Below the pieces are notes generated by a model, which was not told where the DNA came from, did not search any database, and saw only the letters and a list, made by a program, of their open reading frames with translations. DNA of 64,000 nucleotides from contig CAYGDG010000002.1 of the NCBI GenBank assembly GCA_964348725.1, positions 202 to 64,201 of the forward strand, read 5' to 3'. Of this stretch, positions 63,388 to 64,000 are shown in pieces. The stretch's first letter is position 1, and every line of letters starts with the position of its first letter. The position numbers and the translations under genes are program-made. Source of the DNA: an uncultured Candidatus Saccharibacteria bacterium. Its GTDB lineage: Bacteria; Patescibacteriota; Minisyncoccia; Phycocordibacterales; UBA9973.

Positions 63388-63890
63388 CGGTATTGTTTCA
63401 CCATCAAATCAATATGCTTGATGCCCCACTGATCAGCGATCTTCTGGACATCGAGTTTTTTCGGCATCTTGGCCGTAGGAATAAGAATAAACATCACAAC
63501 TGTGGTCAGGCCGCGTCCGGTTTTCAAAGAACGCTGGCTGGCTTTGCGAAATCCACGAAACTCACCTGTTTTTCGGCTGTATGAAGCGCGGCGATCATCC
63601 GCGACCAGAAAAGCAGTACCTCTGTTGCTGCGGACAAACCGTAAGTCACCTTTATGCTCAATGTACAAATCCGGTGTTGGCTTTCGCCGATTGATCCGCT
63701 TGGGCGCGTTCTGGGTTGGAATGGCCAGATATCGTCCCTCACGCGCGCGGATGACAACGCCCTGGTCAAAGGACTCAATAATCTCCGGCGCGCGGGAGTA
63801 AACAAAGCCTTTAACATCGACACCGTTATCATCATAGATTTTGGATTGCCAAGTGCGTGACAGACGCACGCCAAAACCGGATCCAACCAC
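63384..63890 (-). CDS. phage head-tail joining protein (HK97 gp10-like)
   Basis: 168-aa basic protein at the head-proximal end of the tail module. Confidence 0.35.
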   Translation of the reverse strand: MVGSGFGVRLSRTWQSKIYDDNGVDVKGFVYSRAPEIIESFDQGVVIRAREGRYLAIPTQNAPKRINRRKPTPDLYIEHKGDLRFVRSNRGTAFLVADDRRASYSRKTGEFRGFRKASQRSLKTGRGLTTVVMFILIPTAKMPKKLDVQKIADQWGIKHIDLMVKQYR

Positions 63891-64000
63891 GTCATTTCGC
63901 AGATCGGCTTTCAGGCCGTTGGTGGCTTCCTTGGTTGCCTTCGTGGCCAGACGGCTGATAAACTCCGTTTCTTTTCGTAAGTTACGGCGAATATCGCCTA

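Overview
This 64-kb window is a mosaic accessory region, probably from an alphaproteobacterial chromosome (this guess rests only on gene content and GC). It carries unusually many toxin-antitoxin, defence and mobile-element modules. I found no rRNA, tRNA or CRISPR array.

Layout, left to right:
- 170-985: an outer-membrane beta-barrel gene.
- 1203-3365: a HipA-like kinase followed by an XRE-type HTH gene (reverse of canonical hipBA order). The block is duplicated almost exactly at 31412-33014.
- 3456-3900: an IS1595-type transposase remnant.
- 3905-4702: an MscS-family channel gene.
- 4708-5570: an AT-rich single-ORF cassette flanked by ~30-bp inverted repeats and hairpins.
- 5726-10411: a four-gene Csu/sigma-type chaperone-usher pilus operon.
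- 10616-11996: a canonical hipBA pair.
- 12189-13129: a Fic toxin with a HigA-type antidote gene.
- 13189-13389 and 18504-18704: stand-alone XRE HTH genes in duplicated ~430-bp segments with palindromic operators.
- 13995-16388: a cluster of hypothetical genes, including DUF488 translationally coupled to a truncated AlkB-like gene.
- 16403-18077: an AbiEi/AbiEii abortive-infection pair.
- 18907-20270: a frameshifted phage-type C5 cytosine methyltransferase.
- About 20.4-31.4 kb: an integrative element on the minus strand. It holds a second canonical hipBA pair, a metallophosphoesterase, small phage-like regulators, a DUF3489 protein, an iteron cluster (candidate ori), a primase-helicase, a sigma factor, and a large serine recombinase with a DUF2924 partner.
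- 31412-34378: the second HipA-XRE copy, preceded by a paralogous metallophosphoesterase and an AT-rich HTH protein.
- About 34.4-64 kb: a prophage that continues past the window end. From the left it has a large serine recombinase interrupted by an in-frame TGA, two tandem ParB-like proteins, an excisionase-family HTH, a type I restriction-modification system (hsdM, hsdS, hsdR), and an AAA ATPase with an S8 subtilase (IetAS-like). It then carries a holin / endolysin / spanin lysis cassette and a GTA/siphovirus-like tail module: tailspike, tail fibre, host-specificity protein, NlpC/P60 peptidase, distal-tail paralogues, tape measure, chaperone, putative major tail protein and head-tail joining proteins.

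Most worth a second look:
- Paralogous metallophosphoesterases sit directly upstream of two unrelated HipA kinase modules (22258-23040 and 33007-33783).
- The reverse-order HipA-XRE modules share operators and a ~130-bp 3' repeat family.
- The inverted-repeat-flanked single-gene cassette at 4708-5570.
- The serine recombinase with an in-frame opal codon whose extended frame overlaps the next gene's start as ATGA.
- A 40-bp palindromic promoter/operator motif shared between the integrative element and the prophage.
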